This document shows positions 40,746 through 59,553 of a stretch of 64,000 nucleotides of DNA, in pieces. Every line of letters begins with the position of its first letter. Within the stretch, counting starts at the first letter, position 1. The stretch spans positions 12,224,001-12,288,000 of the forward strand of contig CP068257.2 of the NCBI GenBank assembly GCA_009914755.4, in the 5' to 3' direction. The notes under the pieces are model-generated. The model did not search any database, had not been told where the DNA came from, and saw only the letters and a program-made list of their open reading frames with translations. This stretch comes from the human T2T-CHM13v2.0 reference genome, Homo sapiens. A program made the position numbers and the translations under genes.

Positions 40746-42589
40746 CATTGATCCCATTTAAAAAAACAGAATATGGGCCAACCTTACTGACTTCCTCCTA
40801 ATGAATAGAATGCAGTAAAAGGGATACCATGCGGCTTACCTATCTCAGACTGTTTTCCCTTGGAACCCAGCCCCCAGATTGTGAGAGCACTCAGGCCACA
40901 AAGAGAACCTGGCAGTGCCAGTGTCAGTGTTCATGCTGCCTGTCCCAACCAAGGTTCCAGCCAATGGCCAGCATCAACCATCAAACATGTGGGCGAGCAA
41001 TGCTTCAGAGGATTCCATTTCCCCAACTGATAGCTGTTCCTAGGGAAGCTGAGGGGAGTAGAGACGATCTGTCCTGGCCAAGCTTTTTCCAAACCACAGG
41101 TTCATTAACAAAATAAATATTTTTCTTTTAAGCCACAAAACTCTGGGTAATCGTTAGAAAAATAAGTTTTAAAAAGAGACAACAGGAAACATAACTTATG
41201 CAGCAGAAAAGAGTCTCCTTTAAAGTAGGATCTAACACATGTTGAGGTTAATTTATTGATGGCAAACATTATTGAGAAGCAGCAGATAACCAGGACAGAG
41301 ACATAAGCTGCTGAGGAGGAACTTTTCCTAAAACTCCTTCAATTATGAACTCTGATAACAAGGCAAGGGTGTCTCCTTACAGTTTCCCCTCAAGTTAGGA
41401 AATAAGACTGGGAAGCAAGAAGAAGACATATGGTATGAAAAAAAACTAGAAATACTTGGTTACACAATCAAAATCAGACATTTACCTGATTTGAATTAAC
41501 TAAAATTCTAAAAGATAAGCTTTCAGTATTTATTAATCAATCTAGTATTTAATTTTTATTTTCCTTTTCTCAATGAGGAAATAAGGAGAACATTATGAAA
41601 TGATTTTTAGTCTTCACAGAAGTAAAATAAACATAGTGTGCTTTGAGTGTTAAGCAATCAAATGCAATTTCTCCTTTACCTTACTTCAAGCTTGTTTGTT
41701 TGGAGAAGTTAAGACCATCCCATCTCTATGCTATACCACAAGACTTCTCTATAGCACACAACTTGGCTCTGAAATTTTGAAAGTCAAAATACTAATCTAC
41801 TATGTGTCTCTGATAAATTGCCTGAACATTACCTGATTTTGAAGTGCTGCACTCCTAAGACCTTTTCTTGGAATGAGTCAAACTTTATATTCCAAGAATC
41901 CTCTACTGAGCTAGAAAGCAGAGCTGTGCATCTCTGTTTCAGTAAAAGGTGGTCAATACAGCTAACTGTGGTTTCTGAGAATGCAAGATCTGCACCAAGA
42001 AAAGGATTAGCCACAGTGCTACCCAAGAGAACCAGCTACCAGGTGGAAAGAGGATCTGTGAACTGCAAGATGATGACTTCACTTGATTTTCACTGAGGAA
42101 AGCTGGCGGCTCAGACTTAAACTTCTCCTTCCTGGATGGTAAACATCTATGGAAGATTCTATGAATTATAATGAGTTAGGAAAACATAATGCACTAAATA
42201 TTAGACTATCTCAGCAGATCCTGTGACCAAAACTTACTGAAAACAAAACTATAGCAGGAGGCAATGGAAAAGAGACTAAAGATTTGAATGGAGAAAAAAG
42301 AAATAAAGTGTGTCTTATAGGCCTGGCTTCCCATCATGTCTTAGAGTAAGTAAGGTATAAGCTGGCCCAGAGACTCCTTTGAGACACAAAAGGTGAAATT
42401 AAAGATATTCCACTAAATTTAATTTTTATTACGACATAAGACAACTGGTAATATGCAACATGATTGAAAAAAACTTCTTAGTAAATTCATTTTGGCCTTG
42501 GCATAATAATAGACATAAACAAAGTAAGAATTGATAATCTAAAAATAAACTTGTGCATTTACAGTCAATTGATTTTATATAAAGTTAAC

Positions 42590-44300
42590 AAAAGAACAAA
42601 ATCGGAAAAGAATAGTCTTTTCAACAAATGGTGCTGGGACAACTGGGTATCCATATGCAAAAAATAAATAAATTAGGACCAAATATCTTTTTTAAAAATT
42701 AACTCAAAATAAAACAGTTAACTGTAACAGCTAAAACTATAAAACTCTCAGAAGAAAACACTGGCATAAATCTTTGTGACTGCATTTGGCAGTGTTTTCT
42801 TAGCCATGACCCCAAAGGAAAAATGGATTCAATGGACTTCAAAATTGAAAACTGCTGTGCCTGAGAAGACAGTATCAAGAAGTGAAAAGGCAAGACGCTA
42901 AGTAGAAGAAAGTATCTGAAAAGCATATACCTGATAAGCGACTTACATATATAGGATATGTAAAGAACCTTTGCAATTCATGAGTAACAAGATAATTCAA
43001 TTTGAAAAATGGGCAAAGATTTTGAATAGATGTATCTGCAAAGAAGATGTAAAGATGGATAATGAGCACATTAATAGATGCTTGATGTAATTAGTCATTA
43101 GGAAAATGTAAATCAAAACCACATGTGGTATCACTTCACACCACAGGATAAAATCTTTGTTCAATAAAAAAGAGAAAATAAGTGTTAGGAAAAATGTAAA
43201 GAAATCAAAACCCTTATCCAATGCTGCTGGGGATGTAAAGTGATGCAGCCGCTTTGGAAAACAAACTGGCAGCTCCTCAAAAGGTTAAGCATGAAGTTAC
43301 CCTACGACCCAGAAATTCCAGTCATAAGTATATACTCCAGAAAAATAAAAATCATGCAAGCACAAAAACTCATACATAAATGTTTACAGCAGCATTACTA
43401 ATATGAGTCAAAAAGTGGAAAGAACCAGAACGTCCATCACCTTTGGGTGGGAAAGAACCCAAAAGTCCATCACCTGGTGAATGGATAAATAAACTGTTTG
43501 ATGTATCCATACAATGGAATATCACTCAGCAATAAGAAGAAATTAAGTACTGATACTGTATTAGGAGGAGACAGCAAAATGCCTAGGCAGATATGGAAGG
43601 GTCCCTGGAGAATCTCCAACCAGCTCCACAAGTGTTTACACCAGATGTTAAGTGCAGATAAGGGAACCTGGACTTGTCTTGCCTGGACATGCCTGCAGCA
43701 GACCAGAGGCCCACATGCACTGGGGGGATGGGGTGGAGCCACCAGGAATTCATGCCTTATGCAGGGGAGGAGCCTGGCCGCTTCAGCTCATGTGCTCCTG
43801 GTATTCAATTGTGAGGTGGAAACCTGCTTGCAGGACCACTCTCTTTGCTGAGAGCTTTCCTTTCACTTAATAAATTCTGTCCTCCTCACCCTTCAATGTG
43901 TCTGCGTGCTTAATTTTTCCTGGTCATGAGAGAAGAACCCAGATGTAGCTGAACTAATGAGAAAAACCCCACATCAATACCTGCTACAGCACAGATGCAG
44001 CATGAAAAATTATGCTAAGTGAAATAAGCCAGTCACAGTAGACCACTTGCTTTTTATTTCAGAGGCTTATAGGCAAATGTATATAAAGGAGGTTGGTGGT
44101 TCCCTACGGCTGAGGGAGGAAGGGAAAACTAGTGAAGATGGCTAAGTGATGTGGGGTTTGTTTTCAGGGTGATGAAAACGTTCTAAAATTGATTGTAATG
44201 ATGACTGCATAACTCTCTGAAAATACTAAAGTCAATGACTCGTATATTTTAAATGAGTGACTTGCATGGTGTGTTCATTATTTCTCAATAAACCTGTTAC
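42590..44300 (+). mobile_element. L1 3' region (L1M-like, sense) carrying an LTR-like insertion at ~43565-43945
   Basis: The sequence 'caacaaatggtgctgggacaactgggtatccatatgcaaaaaataaa...gaaaatgtaaatcaaaaccacatgtggtatcacttcacaccacaggataa...tgctggggatgtaaagtgatgcagccgctttggaaaacaaactggcagctcctcaaaag' is L1 ORF2 3'/3'UTR. The tail is 'ggtgatgaaaacgttctaaaattgattgtaatgatgactgcataactctctgaaaatactaaagtcaatgactcgtatattttaaatgagtgacttgcatggtgtg'. Confidence 0.8.
43565..43945 (+). mobile_element. LTR-like element nested in the L1, family unassigned
   Basis: This is a non-L1 block containing 'aataaattctgtcctcctcaccc'. L1 homology resumes on both sides. Confidence 0.4.
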
Positions 44301-45004
44301 CCAGCCCCCCCAAATTAATTTGGTACTAGTGGTCTGGAGACAGGTACTGCTTGGTTTCAGATCACTGGCCAGAGTTAAAGACATAAGAGAATCAACAGCA
44401 TGTCCTTTTTATAGAAAAGAGGTTTATATTTTTAAAACTATCCTTTTCATTAGTATCAATTCTGTAAAATTAAATGAAAAATCTTTCTTTGACTGCTTAA
44501 AGCACTGAGAGATTTATATTGAGGAATAAGACCTTGTTTTCTTTGGCCCCAATTTCTATCTAAAGGGTCTGAGAATCACACACTTCAAACTATTAAATCT
44601 CATCAGATGGGTTTTATTAACTCTTATAATGTGGCTTACTTTCTCACCTGATTCTGGTACAGCATCACAGAGAGAAGAAGCTGAAGGAAATCAAAATATT
44701 TAACCCCCAAATATATTTTTCTGACATATTTTGAAATGGTTGCTGCAGGGCCAAGAGATTGAAATGGCCCTCATTAAGGTAGCCCAATCTCTTCCCTTCT
44801 AGGTCTTCCCACATCTGGGGAAGATGAACTAAGAGGCTGATGCATTTAAAGTCTGAAAAGATATATTTACCCTCTATTTTCTCAACATATTTTGGCAGAA
44901 TTTGGGTTTTTCTATTATCAATATGTTCCCAAATTATGTGATTTTTAATCCCAAAACTGATTTAAAATTACCATATGTTGGAATATAAGTTATTCTGTTA
45001 TAAA

Positions 45005-45634
<630 letters not shown>

Positions 45635-45845
45635 TCAAATATTTTTAAGAGTAAATATTTAATAATTGTTTAAACGATATTATGTTATAGCATATCAAAG
45701 AAACACATCTATAAACTATGATCCTTTCAGTTTCAACTAAGCATAGTTTGGAAGCACTCTATATGAAATTATAATCTTAGATAAATAATATGAAGAACAA
45801 TTTTATGGCATATATGGCAGGTAAAGTGGTATTACAACCATACAG

Positions 45846-46170
<325 letters not shown>

Positions 46171-47051
46171 TAACCGTACACTTTTTGTAAATAAACTATT
46201 CATATCCATGTTGGTATGCTAAGATAAAATAACCTATTACTAAATATAAGCCATAACCTAGAAATGAGTAACCAAGATAAAAAAGTAAAACACATACATT
46301 TGAGAAAGACAAAAAATTACATTTTGATACCCATTCACAGTCTATAAGAAGAAAAAAAAGTACACACAAAAAGCATCAAGGACATTATTCAATGTAGAAA
46401 AAGAGAAGACCAAGAAAGGGGCAGAGAGATGCGTGACGATTTAAAGACTTTGAAGAAGAGATCTAGAGATCTTTGCTGACATAATGTCAACAAAATGAAA
46501 GAGATACAAAACCATGTAGAGAAAGGCAATGACAGAAAAATGTAGATTAGAATCAGAAAACCAATTTAAGTGCTCAGTAAATAAATAGAAAAGTAGCTGT
46601 GTTCAGGGCTTCAAAGACACATTCCATTTTTTTTAAAAAAAATCTGTGATCAAAACATGAATGCTCATTTTACTTTTAAGTTATACATATATTTATATAT
46701 ATATGAAATTTATTTCTGTAAAACAGAAGTTTAATAACATGTATACTTCGTGTATACAACGGAGGTATCTGTGTAAAATGAGTAAATTTCCATGTTTTAT
46801 ATCTAAAAGAAAAAGAAGCAAAAACAAAATATAAGCTATATATCAAGATAAATTTTGATGTTAAAGAATGACACAATAGGTCTTCTTTAAAGAATTTGAA
46901 TGCAGTAGAGGATACTACAAAAGGAAGAAAAGATGACCACAGACAGCAAAAATATCTTCAGAAATAAAAATTCAAACTAGATAATGAAGAGTGGACTTGA
47001 CATTATATGTCCAAGGCTTTGTCATTGTTTTCAAAATCATTAAAGAATAAG

Positions 47052-47320
47052 CGGCTGGGCACGGTGGCTCATGCCACTTTGGGAGGCTGAGTCAGGCAGA
47101 TCACGAGGTCAGGAGTTTGAGACCAGCCTGACCAACTTTTCGAAACCTCCTCTCTACTAAAAAATACAAAAATTAGCCGGGTGTGGTTGCACATGCCTGC
47201 AATCCCAGCTACTCAGGAGGCTGAGGCAGGAGAATTGCTTGGAGGCATAGGTTGCAGTGAGCCAAGATGGAACCATTGAACTCCAGCCTGGGAGACAGAG
47301 GCACTGTCTCAAAAAAAAAT
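47052..47320 (+). mobile_element. Alu (sense) with a short internal 5' deletion
   Basis: The sequence 'ggctgggcacggtggctcatgccactttgggaggctgagtcaggcagatcacgaggtcaggagtttgagaccagcctgaccaa...' lacks the 'tgtaatcccagc' segment. Confidence 0.88.
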
Positions 47321-47582
47321 AATAAATAAAAATAGAAATAAATAAATAAATAAGTATAATATTTTGGCATTCAAAAAATTTTCAGATTATGTTGTTTCTC
47401 TTTTATACATATTTTAATACAAATTTTTTTATCCCAACCTTGCCCCAGCAGCTCAGCTGACTCCCAACCCCATGATGCACATGCCTATAAAGTTGTGTTG
47501 TGAGTTTCTGAAATACATTTTAAAATAGAATTCATTTAATTATGAAAATGGAGACATAAAATGAATTTGTATCTCAGTTTTA

Positions 47583-47816
<234 letters not shown>

Positions 47817-48627
47817 TTAAAAATATTATTTCTCATAAGTTGATGAGTAATATGTATTTAGGCAGGGGTATAAAGTGCATTTTATAAGCCTGATGCCAAT
47901 AAGGGCAGATTTCAGAAATAGTCACTTTTCTTAAAACTGCTAAAAATGATACATAATTTCATTATATTTTCTGAAATTTAAACTGCCGAAAATGTTTGTT
48001 ACAAACAAGGGTTTTTACACATAAAATACTAAGGGTTAGTAAAAAATGTGTAGTTATATTTACATTTTACTTTTTAAAGATGCTCTGGAAACATTGTCAT
48101 TAATAGTTTAAGATATTCCAAGTTTTCTTAAATTACATCTAAGAAGATTTTTAGAAAACTCTTATCTATTTTCCATTACATTTTTGATCCTCATCTGTCT
48201 TCAGGTTGAGCTAAATACTGTCATTCTCTGTAAGTATTCACCCACAGGTTTCAGTTTTTCCCTTTCTCTTAACCCTTTCTCTTTAAATAAAGTTTTTTTC
48301 TATAATAAACAAAAACACAACTTTTGTCTACTTTTTGTGGTTTTTCTATTATCCTGTTTCTCCCCTTCCATTGGACTCTGTGACACATGGTCTCATCCAG
48401 AAATCTATTTTTCATCACTTATTGTGTTTTTAATATGGAAATATGATTTTTAATAATTCCAATAAAAAAGTCCAAGGGTCATGAAGGACTTTATCCTGCT
48501 TTACTCAGCAGCAGCTGCGAGCAGTGACCAAATGTTCCCTCTGCTCCTCTGACCCCGCTTCATTTCTAAATGCAGCAACCTCTGTTCTTCAGTCCTATTC
48601 CTTTCTGTTTGTTTGTTTGCTTGTTTG

Positions 48628-48912
48628 TTTTTGAGATGGAGTCCCCCACTGTCACCCAGGCTGGAGTGCAGTGACACAATCTCAGCTCACCGCAACCTCC
48701 ACCTTCTGGGTTCAAGCGATTCTCCTGCCTCACCCTCCCAAGTAGCTAGGATTACAGGCGTGTGCTACCATGCCCGGCTAATTTTTCATATTTTTAGTAG
48801 AGATGGGGTTTCACTATGTTGGCCAGACTGATCTTGAACTCCTGACCTCATGATCTGCCTGCCTTGGCCTCCCAAAGTGCTGGGATTACAGGCGTGAGCC
48901 ACCATGCCTAGC
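48628..48912 (-). mobile_element. Alu (antisense)
   Basis: It runs 'gagatggagtcccccactgtcacccaggctggagtgcagtgacacaatctcagctcaccgcaacctcc...gctgggattacaggcgtgagccaccatgcctagc'. Confidence 0.9.
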
Positions 48913-49097
48913 TGCTATTCCACTTTTTAAATTCTCTCAGGACTCCTAAAATCTCAAAACTTTGACCTAGATTCCCTAATCTACATTTCCATCTCTGACC
49001 TTTTTCTTGAGGCCTCTTCCTTCTAGTACACATATTATAGAGAATATTCCAAACCACACGCTCAGACATTGCTACTTGGTGCAGATTACTTTTGTAG

Positions 49098-49604
<507 letters not shown>

Positions 49605-50014
49605 TGAGAATCAGATTATCAATTGTTTGCCTTTGTTTTCTTTTAAAGAGTTTCCTTTTCCATAGAGATATGGCATGATGAAAGTCTTGTTCTAAAGTTT
49701 CTAAAGTTTCTTTCGGGTGACACTCAAATATATCATTGGGAAGCTCCAATCAAGTAGACATCTCCCTTCTTCCCATTTGAGATTCTTCATCTCAAAATGG
49801 TGTCCACCAAACGTCTTCATCCAGATAGTCTCTTGCTTAGAAATTCAGGAGATAAGAACCTTCTTGAGAAGTTAGAGGCTATTGACTGAGATGGTTTAAT
49901 GCTGTCCCTTATTATATGTTTTACTCCCAAGGCAGACATCAAAGTGGCTAATAATACTATGCCTGATGTCTAACTCACTTCTATGGGAATCTATACAAAA
50001 CGTTTTATTTATGA

Positions 50015-50315
<301 letters not shown>

Positions 50316-51439
50316 ACTGGGGACTAACATGAAGCACTTACAAGAGTATGTGGAACATAGTGAGCTACGTAAAATATTTGCTATTAGCATAATAATTTTA
50401 TTGTATATCTTAACAAAATTGTGTATGTTAGGCAGGTGGCATGCCAATGGAAGTAGTCTCCTATAGCTGCACTGAATCATTCTTCTCACCACTGAGAGTT
50501 GCAGCAAATGGGGGGCACATAATTTATAACTTACTTTTCTCTGTGTATGACTCAGTAGGCAATGACTATGTATGTACTACAATGTAAATAGCACCTCCTG
50601 GATGGAATAGTACATAACTGACATGACCAGCAGACAGGCTAAAGACACTGAGCTGAAAACCCTGGACTCTATTGCTAAACCAAGGCTCCTGAATCCGTTC
50701 CCTCTGAGCAACTGTTGCTGTGGTGCTGCCTTCACAAGCACTCTGTGGAGCACTGAGATTGAGGGGCTGTGCTATCCGTCATCAGACAAGCTGCAGCCAG
50801 AACTGTTCAGCTGACAAACTGGGAGCAGTCCAGAAATACAGTAATGGCTGCATAGTGAAAAAAAGCCAATTTAGATTCTTTTTCATAGAGAGAAAAACAT
50901 AAACATGTGATTGAACAAGTCTCCTCTATTAGACTAATTGGTTTAGATTTGATATTTAATTGCTAAAAATACATTTAGAATATAAACCTTACTGTGTCAA
51001 GGTCTCAAAGAACAAATAATTGGTATGGTATAAAGTATTTAATTGTATGCTAAAAACTTCTAAGCTAAAATATTTTCAATTTATGCAAGGATAGGTGCCA
51101 TACATATTATATATTATTGCCCCATTAAGCAAATTTATACTGAGACAAAATTATCTTCCATAAAAAAAGAAAAAGCCATGTAAAATTAAGGACTAAGTTT
51201 TTCTGCACAGACTGGACAACAATTCCTAACACATAAGGTCAGTGAGAGTCAGAACAGTCAGAGAAAGCTTCATAAAAACAAAAAAATTGTCTGCCAGGTC
51301 TGAACAAATGAGACTAGATGAACAGAAACTGAGAAGGCAGAAAGGATAGCATGAGCAAGACAAGTGCTGAAATCTGCCCAATTAACTCTGAGGATAAAGT
51401 CCAATGGCAGGGAAATAAAAACACATGTCCACATAATAA

Positions 51440-51920
51440 CCTCTAAGTGAATGTTTGCAGCAGCATTTTTCATAATAGCTAGAAGTGGAAACTAACCTAA
51501 ATGTCCATCAACTGATGAATGAATGGAAAACCAGTATAGCCATGCAATAGAGTATCATTTAACTATAACAAGAAATAAACTACCAATGTGTGCTAAAACA
51601 TGCATGAATTCTGAAAACATTAAGCTAAGTGAAAAAGCCAGTCACAAAGGACTATGTATTGTCTAACTCTATGTATATGAAATATGCAGAACAGGCAAAC
51701 CTACGGAGACAAAAGTAGATGGTGTTTGCCTACAACAGGGGTAGGTGGAGGGATATGGAGGAAGGTTGCAGTCATGCCTAGGAGATGTGGCATTGCTTTT
51801 AAGGGTGATGAAAATGTTGTGAATATAATAACAGATACTGAATTGTACATTTTAAATGGGTGACCTGTCTGATACATGAATTATATCTCAGTGAAACTGT
51901 TTTTAAAATCCAATGACAGG
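51440..51920 (+). mobile_element. L1 3' end fragment (L1M-like, sense)
   Basis: It runs 'gaatgtttgcagcagcatttttcataatagctagaagtggaaactaacctaaatgtccatcaactgatgaatgaatgg...aagggtgatgaaaatgttgtgaatataataacagatactgaattgtacattttaaatgggtgacctg'. Confidence 0.8.
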
Positions 51921-52613
51921 ATCAAGATAATTTTCTCAGCTCTCAATTTTTGATGTACATACTATATCAGATCTAAATATTTCTATACTTTTATAGTATA
52001 TTTTAAATAAAAGGTAAATAAAGAAAATGCCTAACTTTTCAAATAGTTTGTAAATTGACATAAAACATGTACATTTCAAAGAATAGTATAATGGCCTTTC
52101 TATACAAGTTAACTTAGAATCTGTGAAATAGACACAGATTCTGTGTCCTTTCACAAAAGTGAAGAAATAAGACAATTTTCTGGAACATTTCATTAAACAT
52201 TGTCCTCTGATTTAATCTGGCCTGCCTCATCATAGCAATACAAAAATTACTTGAAAATATGTTTAACAGGAAAAAAGTCAATTTTCTCTGAGGAATGATG
52301 TATAATTATCAACTTTTCCAAGGGTACATATTGTAAGAGAAAAGGTATGCAATCTTTTTTCAAAATGGTAGAACAAAAGACACAATATAAAAAAAAAGTA
52401 CATTATAAAGATAGTAAAATGGAAATAATTAATTATAATGAAAGTACAAAATCAAGCTTCTGCCAAAATTAGTATCCTAAAACATGTTATATAATTCAAC
52501 CAGCTACAGAATAACTGTTGACATGTTAAATTCCATACATACTTGACCTTCCACTTGAAATAATTTCCTCTTTGAGGCCCGTGTCTCTTCCAAATTAATG
52601 TGACATCATGTAC

Positions 52614-52689
52614 CTTCCAGTGGAGACTCTAACATAGTTAATTTTTTAAGGGAATCAGCCACTTCTTGTTGAAGTTGTCTCACAACCAC
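52614..52689 (-). pseudogene. Exon of the minus-strand coiled-coil gene
   Basis: The acceptor is 'aacaaaaatattttatcag|GTGGTTGTG'. The open frame is 'VVVRQLQQEVADSLKKLTMLESPLE', and the donor is 'CTGGAAG|GTACAT'. Confidence 0.55.
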
Positions 52690-54099
52690 CTGATAAAATA
52701 TTTTTGTTACTGATTTTATAAATTGCCTTATTATTAAATTATGTTAATAACATTTAACTCTAACATACCTACTTTGAAAATTATCTCACACACATCAATT
52801 CGCCTTCTTTTCATCACAGGTACACATTTTTATTTATTACTGAATTCAGTGAGGGATGCAGAATGTGTTATCCTCCTGCCAAATTGGTATTCTCTTATAC
52901 AACAGATTCATCCCACCATTCAATCATCTTAGAAGCTCAACTCAACCTCAAAGTTCCTAACATATTCAATCAACTGTTCAAATCCTTTCAACAGATTCCT
53001 GTCTCAGAATAAAAGTAAAATTCCAATGGCCTTTGAGGCCCTAGGTAAACCCCTCTTTAGTCTGAAAATGGGGATATAATGCCTAACTCATAAATCACAG
53101 GCAGCTACAGTATCTTTGTACTGGACAAAGTCATATTCAAATGATAGTCATTGAGCCTTGAAATAAAAATTATGAGCTAATTATTAATAAAAATATTCAA
53201 AGTAAATTATGAATACCAGTGGGAAGACTAAATCAAATATAGTTTTGCTAAAATTTACCACATTTACCCTAAATTATAATTTTATAACAAGTAGGTGCCT
53301 TTAAAACATTACGTGGTCAAAAAATATGTAATTTGAGACTGACATATTTTCAGATTTAAGTTAAATTAATATGAATAAAAATAAAGCTATACCAACTAAA
53401 ATATATAAAAAACTACTTAAAGCAAGATATTACAAGACACAGCAATACACTTCACTTCATCTGGGAAATCTAGAATTAAGTGTTGAAGCAAATCACTTAA
53501 TTAAATTTTAATTTGAAAATACTCATTTCAGGTGTAAACATTTCCATTTATACCTTCATCATGGTCTTAACATGTGGCAACATAAAGACATTAAAATTAT
53601 TATTTCAGCACTACAGGACTATCTACCTTAAAATATGACTCTGTGCCGAATAAAATGTCATAGGTGACACAATGTCTTCTCTCAAAGTAAATCATCTCTC
53701 ACCTCTATGGAAACAAGGTATGTTTCTAAGCTGATGTAATAAACACATTTTTCCTTTTTTTTTTAAATCAAAAAGCTTTGTTGAAATATAATTTACATAC
53801 TATAGAATGTATCTGTTTTAACATAAAGTTAAAAGATTTTTAGTACTTTTTCTGAGCTGTGCAGCCATCTCTACAATCCAACTTTAGAGCATTTCCATCA
53901 CTGCAAGATCCCTCACGCCCATTAGCAGTCACTATCAGCTTCCAGCCCCAGCCCTTCACAAACATTAATCTACTTTTTGTACCTATATATTTCTCTTTTC
54001 TGGATGCTTCATGTAAATGGAATTGTACAGTATAGTAAACACAGTTTTTATCTACTGATTTTTATATTCAACTAGGTTCAACATGTATCCAGAACCAAA

Positions 54100-54553
54100 T
54101 GTTTAAATTTTCTTTCTAGAAGTTTGAAAATATTTATCTTCCTTGATTCTTACTACTGTTTCTGCTTTCTGTCTCTCATATTGAAAGAGACTTTCTTTTA
54201 AATGATCATATTCATTCATTAGCTTCTTATTTTTCTCTTCTAGTATGAGGTCTTTCTTTCTACTCTCAATAAAGCCTCTTTGGATATTAATTACTATCTC
54301 TTTATGATCCTCTTTCTGATGAACATCAATTAGTTGCTGTTCAAGCCATGGATTTTCACGTTGGAGTTGACATATCCTCTCTTCCACACAGTTCCACTTT
54401 CCAGTAGATTTACTGACTTTAGCTTCTGCACTTTGATACATCTCTTTCATTTCCTTTATTTGCTGCTGTGTTTGGCTTAGGTCGTTTTGTACAGTTTCTA
54501 AAGCTAATGACTTTTTTCTGAGAGTATCTCTTGTCTTACGGAACTTATCTTTT
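54100..54553 (-). pseudogene. 3' part of the large coiled-coil exon of the ANKRD26/CCDC144-like gene. It lies downstream of the SVA insertion in gene orientation.
   Basis: The minus-strand frame 'FRKTRDTLRKKSLALETVQNDLSQTQQQIKEMKEMYQSAEAKVSKSTGKWNCVEERICQLQRENPWLEQQLIDVHQKEDHKEIVINIQRGFIESRKKDLILEEKNKKLMNEYDHLKESLFQYERQKAETVVRIKEDKYFQTSRKKI*' is open. It joins in frame to the part at 57671-58194 once the insertion is removed. Confidence 0.75.
54541..54553. repeat. Target-site duplication, left copy ('gaacttatctttt')
   Basis: The identical 13-mer occurs at 57658-57670, immediately flanking the far end of the SVA-RHOT1 insertion. The target site 'ctTTAAAAGataag' on the minus strand matches the L1 endonuclease TT|AAAA preference. 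Confidence 0.85.
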
Positions 54554-57670
<3,117 letters not shown>

Positions 57671-58194
57671 AAAGTATTGAATATAATATGCGTTTTAGAA
57701 AGTTGTTCAGTAAGAAACTAATTCTTATCTTCTACTTCGGAAATATCAGAACTCATTTTTACTTGTTCAAAAACATCTTGTGTTCTCTCTAAAGCAAGTT
57801 TTAAGTTTCTTTCTGTTTTCACATTTTCACTGTGTTTACTTATAGCAGCAGCCAGTCTAGACTGATAAGATTCAATTTCAGCTTCCAGTTTTTTCTTGCT
57901 TTCTTTTTCCTTCAACAGTTCAGAATTGAGCCTTGTATTCTCAGCTTTGAGATCATTAAGCTCTTGTTGATACCGGAATGCTGTTTTTGTTATCATTTCC
58001 TCATTGAGTTTTATACAATTTTCAAGGGCAGCATTTGTTCCTTTAGCAATTTTAATGTCCTTAAGATATTTATTTTCTTTTTCCAGGTTGTCATTTTTCA
58101 TTGTGCATATTTCCTGTCTGAGTATAGCAATATCTGTCTTCAAAATGCAATTTTCATCCATCAGATCTTTCACTTCTTCATGATTATGAAAATC
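57671..58194 (-). pseudogene. 5' part of the large coiled-coil exon of the ANKRD26/CCDC144-like gene. It contains an in-frame TAG at 57715-57717, 18 codons before the insertion point.
   Basis: The acceptor is 'ttttgttttatttag|GATTTTCATAATCATG'. The frame is '[177 protein letters not shown]', and it continues in the same frame into 54553-54100. Confidence 0.75.
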
Positions 58195-59372
58195 CTAAAT
58201 AAAACAAAAGAAAGTTTTAGCTAGTACTCAATAAAATAACATATCATGATTACCTCTGAAGTTAAAGAACAACCTGCACATCCATGCACTAAAAAGGTTA
58301 CTGTAAGTGGATATCCAACTGGAGAAAAAGTTGAAGCAAAATTTTGAACCTTATAGAGCATAAATTCCAAAAAGTTCAGAAATTTATTAAAAGTCAATGA
58401 ATTTATAAAAGTAAACACACACAAACACATGCACACCAGAGAATTTTTAAGAATTTCAGAATTGGAAAAGCCTTTCCCTGAATTACAACAAACTCAAAAG
58501 TATAAATTAAAGCATTAACAAATTTGACTAAATTAAAATATATCAAAAAATTACATTTACACTTTGATATCTAACCCATACACCACCCTATAGTAAGAAC
58601 TTTAGTTCACACGTATTTGGACAGATAAAATTTCCCAGAGTTATTACAGTTCTGTTTCACTGATAACATTCTATTTCAATTTGACTCTTTTAACACTTTT
58701 ATAGTCAGTTATAAGAATTACATTTACTAACTCATAAATCTAGACATTATACTAGTCACTCCTATATACATTCATTGATGAACTCATCTAGTTACCACAA
58801 TTTTGAGAAAGAAAGGTTAAAAATATAAGCAAGCTACAGGATTTTCCCCAGGACTTCTGACTCTACTTCTACTTCTCCAACAGATCACAGTTACTTCTGT
58901 GGTGTAAATATATCCATATGAAAGAAAACTTTTATTTCAAAACACCAGTGGTAAATAAGATAAAATTTATAGAGCTCTTCTAAGAATATCATGAGATTAT
59001 TTGTGATTGCAATAATTTCTGTTTCCTCTTTATAATATTAGGTAGAGTAATCAATATGAAATAGGAGAAAGTACAAGGAACAATTTTACTGGGAACAAAT
59101 CTTTATCAATAGGTTATCACTAAGTATATATTATGGCATATTATTGTTTTCAAAAGCTCTTTGTAATAAAATAATATCCTATGTGGGTGCCAAGATTTAT
59201 AATAAATATTAATAATTGTACCTGTAAGTGTCATCACTCATTTTTAAAAATGACATAATATTTCTGGTTTGTTTTTTTACCTAAATAATATATATTAAAT
59301 CAAGTGGATATTATAAGTTACATTGATAAAATAAAGTTTAAAATATAGAATTTTTACTAAAGATTGATTTAC

Positions 59373-59553
59373 CTGATTTGGAGTATTTCTTGCAGTCTTC
59401 GGTTTCATCTCTAGTGATTGAACAGTTGGTTCAAATTATTTTGCTTCAACTTCTTTCTTATATTGTTTCTCTTTCCTTTCTAATTCTTCTCTTTTTTTTT
59501 TGTACAGCATATTAACATTTGTTTTTTCTTCATTTTCTTGTTTTAAGGTGCAT
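59373..59553 (-). pseudogene. Candidate exon of the same gene with an in-frame TAA
   Basis: The acceptor is 'tatctgcag|ATGCACC'. The frame is 'CTLKQENEEKTNVNMLYKKKREELERKEKQYKKEVEAK*FEPTVQSLEMKPKTARNTPNQ', and the donor is 'AATCAG|GTAAAT'. An A10 run inside may hide a frameshift. Confidence 0.45.
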